In this document: piece after piece, positions 34,578 through 44,907 of the stretch
Layout: every line of letters begins with the position of its first letter
Numbering within the stretch: position 1 is the first letter of the stretch
NCBI GenBank assembly: GCA_900318545.1
Contig: ONLC01000001.1
Coordinates: 1 to 46,625 of the forward strand
DNA from: an uncultured Eubacteriales bacterium
GTDB lineage: Bacteria; Bacillota; Clostridia; Oscillospirales; Ruminococcaceae
Direction of reading: 5' to 3'
Length of the DNA: 46,625 nt
Translations under genes and position numbers: made by a program
Notes under the pieces: model-generated
Databases searched by the model: none
Told to the model about the DNA's origin: nothing
The model's input: the letters and a program-made list of their open reading frames with translations, nothing else

Positions 34578-35039
34578 ATGGCAAAGATACATAACCTGGC
34601 TTACGACTATATGCAGGAGCCTCAGACTGAGGAAGCTGTACAGCCCAAGCCTGCACCTAAGCCGAAGCACAAAAGAGCTTCGGTGCTGGGAGTGCTTGCA
34701 CTTTCTGTGATAGCACTGGCATTGTTCTCTGCTATGATGTTCGGAAGAGTCGAGATATCAAGGCTTATTTCCGAGCAGACCACTCAGCTTGAAGAGCTTG
34801 AAAAGCTCCAGAGTGAGAATATAAGCTTACAGTCTGAGCTTGCTCAGAAGAAAAATATGACAAAGGTCGAGGAATACGCAGAGAAAAAGCTTGGCTTGCA
34901 GAAGCTTGACAAAACGCAGACCGAGTATATAAGGCTCGAAACGCAGGACAAGGCATCGGTGGTCAAGAACGAGGACGACAACGTGTTTGTCAGAATAAAG
35001 AACTGGTTCGGCTCGGTGCTGGAATATATCGGACTTTAG
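34578..35039 (+). CDS. ftsL: Cell division protein FtsL-like
   Basis: TM helix plus coiled coil, VEEYAEKKLGL; lies between rsmH and the PBP gene. Confidence 0.7.
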   Translation: MAKIHNLAYDYMQEPQTEEAVQPKPAPKPKHKRASVLGVLALSVIALALFSAMMFGRVEISRLISEQTTQLEELEKLQSENISLQSELAQKKNMTKVEEYAEKKLGLQKLDKTQTEYIRLETQDKASVVKNEDDNVFVRIKNWFGSVLEYIGL

Positions 35040-35162
35040 TGAATAAAATACTTAATGGGAAAGTTAGGGACAATTACTTGTGCTTAGCTTTCTTGTTCTA
35101 TATGATTTTATGACGCAAGAGAGAAAATGCGCCGCTTATGCAAAGATTTTGAGGAGATTGAT

Positions 35163-37496
35163 ATGTCAAAAAGACCCACAGCCCTGATGAAAAGAAGGCT
35201 TACTATCTGGCTTACGATACCGTTTGCAATACTGCTTGTGTACATCGTTATCACGATATTCAACGTGTCGGTGAAGGACGGCAAGAAATGGCAGACGCTC
35301 GCTAATTCGCAGCAGCTGCAAAGCACATCGGTGTCGGCAGCAAGAGGCACCATATACGACAGGAACGGCACAGTGCTCGCTCAGAGTGCTACTGTTTACA
35401 CCGTGTATGTTGACCCTAAAATGCTTGACGGCATACTTGAAGACAAGGACAAAACGATAAAAGAGCTCAAGGATGCTATCGCTACCGAGGAGAACGAGAA
35501 GGAGAGAGCAGCTTATCAGGAGCAGCTCGACAATACGCTCGGCTCAAAGGACAGCCTTGACAAGCTTGTTGAGTACCTCTCTCCTGCACTGGAGATAGAT
35601 ACCGCCGAGATGCGTGAGAAGCTCACAGATACATCGACTCAGTACATCGTGCTGAAAAAAGAGGTCGAGAAAACACTCGCTGACGAGATAGAGAAAAAGC
35701 TCTCAGAGCTTGACCTTGACGGAGTAAGATGCGACCCCACCACAAAGAGGATCTATCCCGAGAACTCGCTTGCAGCGAACGTGCTCGGACATACGGATTA
35801 TGACGGAAACGGCATCTACGGACTCGAAGCCTACTACGATGACTACCTTGCAGGCGTTGACGGAAGAGTCATCACCGCAAAGGCAAATGACGGCACCGAG
35901 ATACCCTACCGCTACAAACAGGCTTACGAGGCTCAGGACGGAGATAATCTGACACTGAACCTTGATGCAAATATGCAGTACGTCCTCGAGAAGGAGCTGC
36001 AGGCAGCTTATGAGAAAAACCAGCCTACAGACAGGATATGCGGCATAATCATGAACCCGAAAACAGGTGCGGTTTACGCTATGGCTACCTGCTACAGCTA
36101 CGACCCCAACGAGCCTGCACACATCACCGATGATGCCGCCGCAGAAAAGCTTTCGGGGCTTGACGAGAACAGCGATGCCTACCACGATATCGCCCTTGAT
36201 GCATGGAGCACCCAGTGGAAGAACAAGGCTATCTCCGAAACCTATAACCCCGGCTCGGTATTCAAGGTAATTGTCGGTGCCTCGGCAGTTGAGGAAAAGG
36301 TCATCAGCCTTGATGAGACCTTCCCCTGCAACACCGTCATTCAGGTCGAGGACAGACCGTTTCACTGCTGGTCAACCAACGACCACGGCCCTCAGAACCT
36401 CGCACTTGCAATGCTCAACTCCTGCAACCCTGTGTTTGTTCAGATAGGCCAGAAGCTCGGTGACAAGAAGTTCGACCAGTATTTCAGTGCCTTCGGCTTC
36501 AGAGAGCTCACAGGCATAGACCTCCCGGGCGAGGTAAACTCCATAAGCATAAACCTTACGGATTACGGCCCTGTTGAGCTTGCATCAAGCTCCTTCGGCC
36601 AGACCAATAAGGTAACTCCTATACAGATGATAACCGCCTACAGTGCCTGCATAAACGGAGGCTACCTCGTTCAGCCGCAGGTGGTAGACAGGATCACAGA
36701 TGCTAACGGAAACGTTGTTAAGGATAACGACACCGTAATCAAAAGACAGGTAATTTCGGAAGAGACCTCAGCTACAATGAGAGAGATACTCAAGGGCGTT
36801 GTTGAAGGTCAGCCCGATTCAAACTGCTATATCAAGGGCTACAGCATCGGCGGAAAGTCGGGTACTTCTCAGAAGCTTGATGAAGACCCCAATGGCGAGA
36901 CCTATGTATCTTCATACTGCGCTTTCGCTCCTGCCGAGGATCCCGAGATAATCATGCTCGTTATGGTAGACCACCCGACAGGTGAGCAGTTCTACGGAAG
37001 CCAGGTAGCTGCACCTATCTGCGTGAACGTGTTCAAGGAGGTGCTTCCCTACATGGGAATGTTCCCCGAGTACACCGCAGAGGAGCTCGCTGAGCTTCAG
37101 GTAAGCGTGCCGAACGTTGAGTACTACGAGCTTGACGAGGCAGCAAAAACCCTTGAAGACCTTGGGCTTGAAGTCAAGGTAATGGGCGAGGGCGATACAG
37201 TAAAGGCTCAGATACCTGCATCTGTAAAGGTCGAGAGCGGAAGCTCGGTGGTTCTGTATACCGAGGATAACCCCGAGTATGAAACCGTCATAGTGCCGAA
37301 CCTGAAAGGCCTCACAAAGGAACAGGCGAAAAACACGCTTGCCGATTACGGTCTGAACCTTACGGCCGAGGGCTCGGGCAGTGACGAGGAAAACGCCTAC
37401 GCAAAGGACGATCAGAGCGTCGAGGCAGGAAAGCGAGTGCCTATGGGTACGGCTATCTCAGTTACCTTCGGTGCTGCCGAGGTAGGCTCACAGTAA
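35163..37496 (+). CDS. Class B penicillin-binding protein (FtsI/SpoVD-like) with two PASTA domains
   Basis: RGTIYDRNG, RIYP, GLEAYYD, SVFK (SxxK), SCN, KSG; C-terminal VPNV/VPNL PASTA repeats. Confidence 0.93.
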   Translation: MSKRPTALMKRRLTIWLTIPFAILLVYIVITIFNVSVKDGKKWQTLANSQQLQSTSVSAARGTIYDRNGTVLAQSATVYTVYVDPKMLDGILEDKDKTIKELKDAIATEENEKERAAYQEQLDNTLGSKDSLDKLVEYLSPALEIDTAEMREKLTDTSTQYIVLKKEVEKTLADEIEKKLSELDLDGVRCDPTTKRIYPENSLAANVLGHTDYDGNGIYGLEAYYDDYLAGVDGRVITAKANDGTEIPYRYKQAYEAQDGDNLTLNLDANMQYVLEKELQAAYEKNQPTDRICGIIMNPKTGAVYAMATCYSYDPNEPAHITDDAAAEKLSGLDENSDAYHDIALDAWSTQWKNKAISETYNPGSVFKVIVGASAVEEKVISLDETFPCNTVIQVEDRPFHCWSTNDHGPQNLALAMLNSCNPVFVQIGQKLGDKKFDQYFSAFGFRELTGIDLPGEVNSISINLTDYGPVELASSSFGQTNKVTPIQMITAYSACINGGYLVQPQVVDRITDANGNVVKDNDTVIKRQVISEETSATMREILKGVVEGQPDSNCYIKGYSIGGKSGTSQKLDEDPNGETYVSSYCAFAPAEDPEIIMLVMVDHPTGEQFYGSQVAAPICVNVFKEVLPYMGMFPEYTAEELAELQVSVPNVEYYELDEAAKTLEDLGLEVKVMGEGDTVKAQIPASVKVESGSSVVLYTEDNPEYETVIVPNLKGLTKEQAKNTLADYGLNLTAEGSGSDEENAYAKDDQSVEAGKRVPMGTAISVTFGAAEVGSQ

Positions 37497-37538
37497 GATA
37501 TCAAAAGGAGGAGGCGTGCAGCTGTACGCCGCAGAATT

Positions 37539-38987
37539 ATGAAGCTATATGATCTGATAGAGGGTCTGGCAGAGACCACTCTGGAAAACACCGAGATAAC
37601 AGACGTAACCAGCGACACAAGAAAAAAAGTGTCCGCAGGTGCTATGTTCGTCTGCATCAAAGGAAAAACCTTTGACGGCCACGATGCCGCAAGAGATATG
37701 ATAGAAAAGGGTTGTTCGGTAATTGTCTGCGAGAGAGACCTGGGTCTTGACTGCCAGATAATCGTCGGGGACACAAGAGAAACCTATGTAAGGCTCTGCG
37801 AGGCGTGGTTCGGCCACCCCGAAAGAGAGCTTAACCTCATCGGTGTTACAGGCACAAACGGAAAAACAACTATCACAACGGTACTCAAGCAGGTGCTTAC
37901 CGATATGGGCTGCAGGATAGGTCTTATCGGTACCTGCCAGAATGAGATAGGCGATACTATCTACCCCACAGCAAGAACTACTCCCGAGCCATACGATCTG
38001 TATGAGCTCCTCAGAAAAATGGCTGATGCAAAATGCGATTATGTCATTATGGAAGCATCATCTCAGGGACTGGAGCAGAAAAGGCTTGCAGGCTGCCGCT
38101 TTAAGGTGGGTGTGTTTACAAACCTTACGCAGGATCACCTCGATGTTCACGGCACTATGGAGAATTACTATCAGGCAAAGAAAATACTGTTTTCGATCTC
38201 CGACAATGCTATAATCAATATAGACGATGACTACGGCAAGCGCTATCTCTCGGAGATAAGCTGTCCTGCAAAGACATATTCCTGCTGTGAAAAGGCAGAT
38301 TTCACTGCCGAGGATATCCTCCTCTCCACAAGCGGAGTAAAGTATGTGTTCTCGGACGGAAAGAGAAAGCAGAATGTCCGTTTCAATATGCCGGGGCTGT
38401 TCAACGTGTCAAACTCTCTTGCTGTTATAGCCTGCTGCGAAACACTGGGCTTTGCTCCCGATGCAAGCATAAGAGCCCTCGCAAAAACAGGCGGTGTAAG
38501 GGGCAGAGCAGAGGTAGTACCCACAGGGCGTGACTTCACCGTTATCTGTGATTACGCTCACACTCCCGATGCTCTCGCAAATGTCCTCTCCGCTATAAAG
38601 GAGGGTGCTGACGGCAAGGTAAAGTGCCTGTTCGGCTGCGGCGGAAACAGAGATGCCGCTAAAAGACCTCTTATGGCTGCGGCTGCGGCTGATAATTCTG
38701 ACTTTCTTATCATCACCTCGGATAACCCCAGAGATGAAGACCCCGATGATATCATAGATGACCTTATGAAGGGTCTTGACGGAAAGGATACTCCGTACAT
38801 AAGAATAACAGACAGGCGTGAGGCTATCCACTGGGCAGTTAAGAATGCCGAGAAAAACGACATAATCGTGCTTGCAGGCAAGGGTCACGAGGACTATCAG
38901 ATACTTGCAGGCGGAGTAAAGATACACTTTGATGAGAGAGAGGTAGTTGCGGAGGCACTGGATGAGCTTTCGCAGGCAGAGAAATAA
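37539..38987 (+). CDS. murE: UDP-MurNAc-dipeptide--meso-DAP ligase
   Basis: GVTGTNGKTT, TNLTQDHLD, DYAHTPD, GCGGNRD, DNPR (meso-DAP specificity motif), AGKGHE. Confidence 0.96.
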   Translation: MKLYDLIEGLAETTLENTEITDVTSDTRKKVSAGAMFVCIKGKTFDGHDAARDMIEKGCSVIVCERDLGLDCQIIVGDTRETYVRLCEAWFGHPERELNLIGVTGTNGKTTITTVLKQVLTDMGCRIGLIGTCQNEIGDTIYPTARTTPEPYDLYELLRKMADAKCDYVIMEASSQGLEQKRLAGCRFKVGVFTNLTQDHLDVHGTMENYYQAKKILFSISDNAIINIDDDYGKRYLSEISCPAKTYSCCEKADFTAEDILLSTSGVKYVFSDGKRKQNVRFNMPGLFNVSNSLAVIACCETLGFAPDASIRALAKTGGVRGRAEVVPTGRDFTVICDYAHTPDALANVLSAIKEGADGKVKCLFGCGGNRDAAKRPLMAAAAADNSDFLIITSDNPRDEDPDDIIDDLMKGLDGKDTPYIRITDRREAIHWAVKNAEKNDIIVLAGKGHEDYQILAGGVKIHFDEREVVAEALDELSQAEK

Positions 38988-39021
38988 AACATCAGGCTTT
39001 GAGAAAGGCGATGAACAAAAG

Positions 39022-40392
39022 ATGGAAACCATGACCCTTAAAGAGATAATATCCGCAGTACACGGAAGCTACGGCTATCCTGCCGATACTGCCGTCACCG
39101 AGATATCCACAGACACGAGAACCATATCAAAGGGCTCGGTGTTCGTGGCACTGGCAGGTGCAAACTTTGACGGACACGACTATGCCGCAAAGGCAATGGA
39201 GCTCGGCGCAGAGGCCGTCATCACAGAAAGACCTGTCGAGGGTGCAAGGTGCATAATAGTTGACTCAACAAGAAAGGCTCTGCTCGATGCGGCAGGCTAT
39301 TACAGGTCAAAGTTTGACATAAAGCTTGTGGGCATCACAGGAAGTGTCGGAAAGACCACCACCAAGGATATGATAGCCTGCGTGCTTTCACAGAGCTTTA
39401 AGACGCTTAAAACTCAGGCTAACTTCAATAATGAGATCGGTATGCCGAAAACACTTTTCGGACTTGATAAGAGCTTCGAGGCTGCCGTTATAGAAATGGG
39501 TATGAACCACCCGGGCGAGATATCAAGAATGTCAATGAGTGCTCAGCCCGATGCCGCAGTGATCACGAATATAGGCGTGTCGCACATTGAGAACCTGGGC
39601 TCTCAGGAGAATATACTCAAGGCAAAGCTTGAAATTCTCGACGGTGCCAAATACAACGCTCCCCTCATTCTTTCAAGGGACGATAAGCTCCTGTATTCCT
39701 TAAAGGACAAGAGCAGCGGCAGACCGATAATGTACTACTCGCTGAACAAAAAGGACTGCGATGTTTACGCCTCCGATGTGAAGCTTTCAAGCGAGGGCGT
39801 AAGCTTTGATATAAACTACAGGGGCGAAAAGCTCCGTGCAGAGCTGCAGTGCCCCGGTGAGCACAATGTCAGAAATGCTCTTGCGGCATTCTGTGTGGGT
39901 GTTACCCTCGGAATGGAAACAGATAAGATAATCGCAGGGCTTGCAGAGTTCAAGCCCGAAGGACTCAGACAGAACATCGTCAGAAAAGACGGTATCACAT
40001 ATATAGTAGACTGCTACAATGCAGCTCCCGATTCAATGAAGGCAGCACTTTCGCTGCTTGCAAGCTCCGATACAAAGGGCAGACGCTTCTGCCTGCTGGC
40101 TGATATGCTGGAGCTTGGCAAAAACACAAGAACATACCACAAAAACGTAGGTGAAATGGTGCCCTCCTCAAAGGCGGACAGACTTTACACCTTCGGTGAG
40201 AATTCACAGTTTTATATAGACGGTGCAGTTAAAAAGGGCTTCCCTGCCGATGCCTGTGAACGCTTTGAAAGCAGAAAGGCTATGGCAGAGAGGCTCTCGG
40301 AGGAGCTCAAAGAGGGCGACTGCGTGCTCCTTAAAGGAAGCCGTGGAATGAAGCTTGAAGAGGTATTCAAGGCTCTTACAGAGAAGTCATGA
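39022..40392 (+). CDS. murF: UDP-MurNAc-tripeptide--D-Ala-D-Ala ligase
   Basis: ITGSVGKTTTKD, NNEIG, EMGMNHPGEI, DCYNA, DMLELG, KGSRGM. Confidence 0.96.
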   Translation: METMTLKEIISAVHGSYGYPADTAVTEISTDTRTISKGSVFVALAGANFDGHDYAAKAMELGAEAVITERPVEGARCIIVDSTRKALLDAAGYYRSKFDIKLVGITGSVGKTTTKDMIACVLSQSFKTLKTQANFNNEIGMPKTLFGLDKSFEAAVIEMGMNHPGEISRMSMSAQPDAAVITNIGVSHIENLGSQENILKAKLEILDGAKYNAPLILSRDDKLLYSLKDKSSGRPIMYYSLNKKDCDVYASDVKLSSEGVSFDINYRGEKLRAELQCPGEHNVRNALAAFCVGVTLGMETDKIIAGLAEFKPEGLRQNIVRKDGITYIVDCYNAAPDSMKAALSLLASSDTKGRRFCLLADMLELGKNTRTYHKNVGEMVPSSKADRLYTFGENSQFYIDGAVKKGFPADACERFESRKAMAERLSEELKEGDCVLLKGSRGMKLEEVFKALTEKS

Positions 40393-41423
40393 ATCTGACC
40401 GTTCTCTCCCTTGTAACAGGTGCAGAGCTCGTTCTGGGGTTTACCCTCGGGCGGGTGCTGATACCCTTTTTCAGGAAGCTTAAAACAGGCAGGTATGACC
40501 CGTATATAGGAGACCGCTTCAGGCAGGACGGCTCAGAGCCGAGAATGGGCGGAGCACTGATCTTTATATGTATGGTGGTCGGAACGCTTATCGGTACTGC
40601 GTTTTTCTCCTCACAGGGAGAGCTTTACGGCAGGGCTGACCTGAGGCTCATTCTTACCGCTGTTGCTGCCTGCGGCGTTTTGTGCTCGCTGGGGCTGCGT
40701 GAGGATATCCTCAGAGATAAGGGCGTTTTTGCCGTGATGAAGCCCCTTTACAGGAACGCCTGCCGCTTTGCGGTTCTGCTGGCAGCACTGTACGGATTTA
40801 AGTTTTTCGGCCTTGCCCGAACAGGGGTGCTTCTGCCGTTTCGGTGGGGGTATCTCGAGCTAGGGTACCTGTATCAGCCTGTAATGGCACTGGTCGGGAT
40901 GCTGTTTCTGAGTGCGGTCACAGTCTGCGACTGCCCCTCGGGAAAGACAGAGCTCGGCACTGACGGGCTTTGTCCGACGCTTCTTATGCTCTTCTTTATG
41001 AGCATTACTGCAGGGCTCACAGTTACAGGCCTGCACCCCGAGGCACAGCTTATAAGCTCAGCCGCTATGGGTGCCGCAGGAGGATTTCTCTTCTGGGGGC
41101 TGCACCCCTCAAAGCTCTTCTTCGGGGAGAGCGGAGCAAACGTTCTTGGAGCAGCAGCAGTGCTCAGCTGTGTGCTTTCGGGAGCAGAGCTTCTCCTCAT
41201 TATCGGGGGCGGAGCAATACTAACAGATGCGGTGTGTGCATTTTTGCAGTATGCCGTTTTCAGAACGAAAAAGAAGCTTCTCTTCAAGGGCTATACCCTT
41301 CACGAACACTTTAAGAACAAGGGTCGGGGAGAGTTTCAGATAATAGGTGCTGCGGCTATTGTGCAGATACTGTTTTCAGCGGCAGCGATAATGTTTATTG
41401 TATATTCAGCTAAGTTTTTATAA
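40389..41423 (+). CDS. Divergent MraY-like membrane protein with substituted catalytic motifs
   Basis: Occupies the mraY position; about 10 TM helices; PRMGG, HPSKLFFGESG and LHEHF resemble degenerate MraY motifs. Confidence 0.7.
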   Translation: MNLTVLSLVTGAELVLGFTLGRVLIPFFRKLKTGRYDPYIGDRFRQDGSEPRMGGALIFICMVVGTLIGTAFFSSQGELYGRADLRLILTAVAACGVLCSLGLREDILRDKGVFAVMKPLYRNACRFAVLLAALYGFKFFGLARTGVLLPFRWGYLELGYLYQPVMALVGMLFLSAVTVCDCPSGKTELGTDGLCPTLLMLFFMSITAGLTVTGLHPEAQLISSAAMGAAGGFLFWGLHPSKLFFGESGANVLGAAAVLSCVLSGAELLLIIGGGAILTDAVCAFLQYAVFRTKKKLLFKGYTLHEHFKNKGRGEFQIIGAAAIVQILFSAAAIMFIVYSAKFL

Positions 41424-41436
41424 CGGAGGATAAATT

Positions 41437-42741
41437 TTGGAGACCAATGAAACTGTCAGACAACGGCAGATAGTTTACAGCAGCTCTGCGGACAGAGCTA
41501 AAGCAAAAAAAGAACGCAAAAAGATGCATTTCAGGTTCATTCTCAGCGAGATCGACAAGCCCTTTTTCATTATAATAATGGTGCTTCTGATCTTCGGACT
41601 GATAATGATGTTCTCGGCAAGCTATGCCTGGGGCATAAGCGACCACAACGACGGCTACTACTATATAAAAAGACAGCTTGAATCAGCAGGAGGCGGACTG
41701 ATCCTGATGCTGATGGTGTCGTTTCTTGACTATCACTTTTATGTAAACGCAAGGATCGCACTGTTTTTGTTCGCCGTTTCCGTATTGGTAAACTTATATA
41801 CGGCAAGATTCGGAGATGAGATCGCAGGTGCAAGACGCTGGATAATGATAGGACCTGTCAACTTCCAGCCCTCTGAGATAATGAAGGTCACATTCATTAT
41901 GCTCTTTGCATACCTTGTAGACCACAACTACGACCGCTTCAAAAAAAGCTGGAAAAACTGCATCATACCATTTGCATTAATTATGGGCATAGTCTTCTTC
42001 ATTCTTATGCTGCAGAGACATATGTCTGCGGTAATGCTGGTGGGTATTATAGGCATAAGCATGATGTTCATAAGCGGTATGCCCCGAAAGATATTCTGGA
42101 GATTTATCATAGTCTGCGGAGCACTGGGAGCATTGTACCTTATCTATAAGATCGGCTCGGGCTCGGGCTTCAGCTATATTACCGACAGAATAAAGAGCTG
42201 GAGAAACCCCACCTCCGACCCGGGAGGCGCTACCTACCAGACCTATGAGTCGCTTCTGGCTATAGGCTCAGGCGGACTGTTCGGACTGGGCTTCGGTGAG
42301 TCAAGACAAAAATATATGTACCTGCCCGAATCACAGAACGACTTCGTATTCTCAATAGTCTGCGAGGAGCTCGGCTTTGTGGGTGCTATGGTAGTTGTAC
42401 TGCTGTTTGCCCTGTTCATTCTCAGAGGCTTCTATATAGCCTCCAGGTGCAGAGATAAAGCAGGTATGCTGCTTGGTGCAGGTATCACGGTACAGATAGG
42501 CTCTCAGGCATTTTTCAACATCATGGTTGCCTGCAACGCCTTCCCGAATACGGGTATCTCACTGCCGTTTTTCAGCTACGGCGGAACGGCACTGCTTATT
42601 CAGCTTGCCGAAATGGGTATACTTCTGAATATTTCACGTCAGGCGTCAAGGCTTAAAAACCTCCCTCCGGAGGAGCAGCCCGATGACGAATCCGAGACCG
42701 AAGAGGCTCCGATAATTGAAGAGCCCGTTATACAAGAATAA
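41437..42741 (+). CDS. ftsW: SEDS peptidoglycan polymerase FtsW/SpoVE
   Basis: FSAS, GARRWI, FQPSE, GSGGLFGLG, LPESQNDFVF, TGISLPFFSYGG. Confidence 0.92.
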   Translation: METNETVRQRQIVYSSSADRAKAKKERKKMHFRFILSEIDKPFFIIIMVLLIFGLIMMFSASYAWGISDHNDGYYYIKRQLESAGGGLILMLMVSFLDYHFYVNARIALFLFAVSVLVNLYTARFGDEIAGARRWIMIGPVNFQPSEIMKVTFIMLFAYLVDHNYDRFKKSWKNCIIPFALIMGIVFFILMLQRHMSAVMLVGIIGISMMFISGMPRKIFWRFIIVCGALGALYLIYKIGSGSGFSYITDRIKSWRNPTSDPGGATYQTYESLLAIGSGGLFGLGFGESRQKYMYLPESQNDFVFSIVCEELGFVGAMVVVLLFALFILRGFYIASRCRDKAGMLLGAGITVQIGSQAFFNIMVACNAFPNTGISLPFFSYGGTALLIQLAEMGILLNISRQASRLKNLPPEEQPDDESETEEAPIIEEPVIQE

Positions 42742-42761
42742 ACGAAAGGTGCGTAAGGACC

Positions 42762-43892
42762 ATGCTCAGAGTTCTTCTCGCAGGCGGCGGCACGGCAGGC
42801 CATGTAAACCCTGCTCTTGCTATCGCTGAGATAATAAAAAAGCATTACCCCGATTGCGAAATAGCCTTTGCAGGCAACCCCGAAAAGCTCGAGGCAAAGC
42901 TTGTGCCCAAGGCAGGCTATCAGTTCTATCCGATAAAGATAGAGGGCTTTCAGCGGCAGATAAGCGGTGAGAACATAAAACGTAATATACACGCTATGGG
43001 CTGCCTTATGAAGTCGGGGAGCAGGGCAAAGGCAATAATCAGAGAATTCAAGCCCGACCTTGTAGTCGGAACAGGCGGATATGTTTCAGGACCTGTGCTC
43101 AGAGCAGCCGCCAAAATGAAGATAAAAACAGCTATCCACGAGCAGAACGCCTTTCCGGGTGTTACAAACAAGATACTCGCAAAAAAGGTAGATGAGGTAA
43201 TGCTCACTGTGGAGGAGGCTAAAAAGTACTTCCCCGAAAACGCAAGCATGACCGTAACCGGTCTGCCCGTAAGAGGTGCCTTCAATACGATGTCGAAGCT
43301 CGACGCTAAGGCTCAGCTCGGCTTTGATAAGGACGAGGTCTGTGTGCTCTCCACAGGAGGAAGCCTCGGTGCCCAGACGCTCAATGAGAAGGTAGCAGCT
43401 CTTCTCAGGTGGTATCAGGACAATGATGTTAAGGTAAACCACGTACACTCCTACGGTACCTATCAGGGCTATAAGGACTTTGTGCTGAAGCTCGAGCAGA
43501 GCGGTGTAAGGATAAACGGCAACAGCAGGCTCATTATAAAGGACTACATAAATATGCCCGTAGCTATGGCAGCGGCTGACCTTGTGATATCACGGTGCGG
43601 AGCTGCTTCCCTCGCAGAGCTTGAAGCAGTCGGCAGAGCCGCAGTGCTTATACCCTCGCCCCACGTCGCCGAGAACCACCAGTACTATAACGGAATGGTC
43701 CTCCAGAATGCAGGAGCCGCCACAGTAATTGAGGAAAAGGACCTCACGGACGAGGTCTTTATAAAGACAGTAAAGTCCTATATCGAGGACAGCAGCAGGC
43801 TCGAAAAGAGTGCTGAAAACGCAAGATCCCTTCATGTAGCAGACACCGAGGAAAGAATATTCGGTGTGTTAAAGAAGCTTATTGGAAAATAA
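42762..43892 (+). CDS. murG: Lipid II GlcNAc transferase MurG
   Basis: GGGTAGHVNP, GTGGYVSGP, HEQN, GGSLGA, RCGA, NHQ. Confidence 0.97.
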   Translation: MLRVLLAGGGTAGHVNPALAIAEIIKKHYPDCEIAFAGNPEKLEAKLVPKAGYQFYPIKIEGFQRQISGENIKRNIHAMGCLMKSGSRAKAIIREFKPDLVVGTGGYVSGPVLRAAAKMKIKTAIHEQNAFPGVTNKILAKKVDEVMLTVEEAKKYFPENASMTVTGLPVRGAFNTMSKLDAKAQLGFDKDEVCVLSTGGSLGAQTLNEKVAALLRWYQDNDVKVNHVHSYGTYQGYKDFVLKLEQSGVRINGNSRLIIKDYINMPVAMAAADLVISRCGAASLAELEAVGRAAVLIPSPHVAENHQYYNGMVLQNAGAATVIEEKDLTDEVFIKTVKSYIEDSSRLEKSAENARSLHVADTEERIFGVLKKLIGK

Positions 43893-43915
43893 ACCTGCAA
43901 GGAATGATAAGATAA

Positions 43916-44845
43916 ATGGATAAGAACTACAGAAGATACAATAAAAAGGGTTCTATGGACAGCATAAGCACCCCCGATACCGACAAAATAATCGCCCTTT
44001 CCGACCCTAAATTCGGCAATAAGGACGATATCAACTCCAAGGCCGACCAGATCTTTATCGGTGATAAGAGAGTACGGCAGGACCGCTTTGACAGAGCTAC
44101 CAAGTCCTATGACGATGTGAGCCTGCATACCGCAGAGGAGCTCGAGCAGATGCGCAGGGATAAGGAAAACGACCTTATGCGTTATGCTGCAAACAAGCCT
44201 GCTCAGGCGGCTACAGGTCTTTCCAAGGGCACAAAGATAGGCCATTCCTATGTGAAAAAGTCAACCATCGTTAAGCTGGTGGTTATCCTTGTGGCGGGCT
44301 TACTTGTGCTGATACTGTTCTTCCCGCCCTTCTTCTCGAGCAACTCGGATATGAGCAAGGTCAAGTTTGATGACGACCCCTTTGAGGGCATGGGAATGAC
44401 TGACTTCAAAACCTACGCCGCCGCTAACTATTCGGTGTATAACGAGAGTGCATTCTCATCAGAGGATCCGGAAAACTACAGGGTGGTAGACCTTGTGTTC
44501 ACGATCAGAAATACATCTCCGCTGGAGCTGAAAATACCGCAGTACGATATTTTCAGAGTTTCGGGCGACTATAAGGACGCTGTCTGTTATGCTGCCTCCG
44601 TCAAGAAAAATTCCGACGGCAAGGTAGTGGGAGACCTTATTCCCGGCTTCTCCAGCAAGGAGGTCACTGTAAGAGTCCTTGTAAACGTAAGCGACATGGA
44701 CGATGCACAGTTTGATGACTGCGTATCCTCGCTGATAATATCTACCGAGGGCGCCGAAAAGAAGATAACAAAATCCACCTACATACCCTGCATACCCGCA
44801 TTTATGCCCGTATCAAACAATATATCACTCAGCCTTACAGAGTGA
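43916..44845 (+). CDS. Hypothetical single-pass membrane protein
   Basis: 309 aa: charged N-terminus, one TM helix (VVILVAGLLVLILFFPPFF), beta-rich C-terminal domain. Confidence 0.8.
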   Translation: MDKNYRRYNKKGSMDSISTPDTDKIIALSDPKFGNKDDINSKADQIFIGDKRVRQDRFDRATKSYDDVSLHTAEELEQMRRDKENDLMRYAANKPAQAATGLSKGTKIGHSYVKKSTIVKLVVILVAGLLVLILFFPPFFSSNSDMSKVKFDDDPFEGMGMTDFKTYAAANYSVYNESAFSSEDPENYRVVDLVFTIRNTSPLELKIPQYDIFRVSGDYKDAVCYAASVKKNSDGKVVGDLIPGFSSKEVTVRVLVNVSDMDDAQFDDCVSSLIISTEGAEKKITKSTYIPCIPAFMPVSNNISLSLTE

Positions 44846-44847
44846 TC

Positions 44848-44878
44848 TGCACCCCTAAGGCCTGTCGTGCATAGTATA
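44848..44878 (+). promoter_or_regulatory. Possible mother-cell (sigma-E/sigma-K-like) promoter before murA
   Basis: GCAC...CATAGTATA matches the CATAnnnT -10 element. Confidence 0.35.
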
Positions 44879-44907
44879 AGTCATAATGACGACAGGGAGT
44901 GGGTCTT

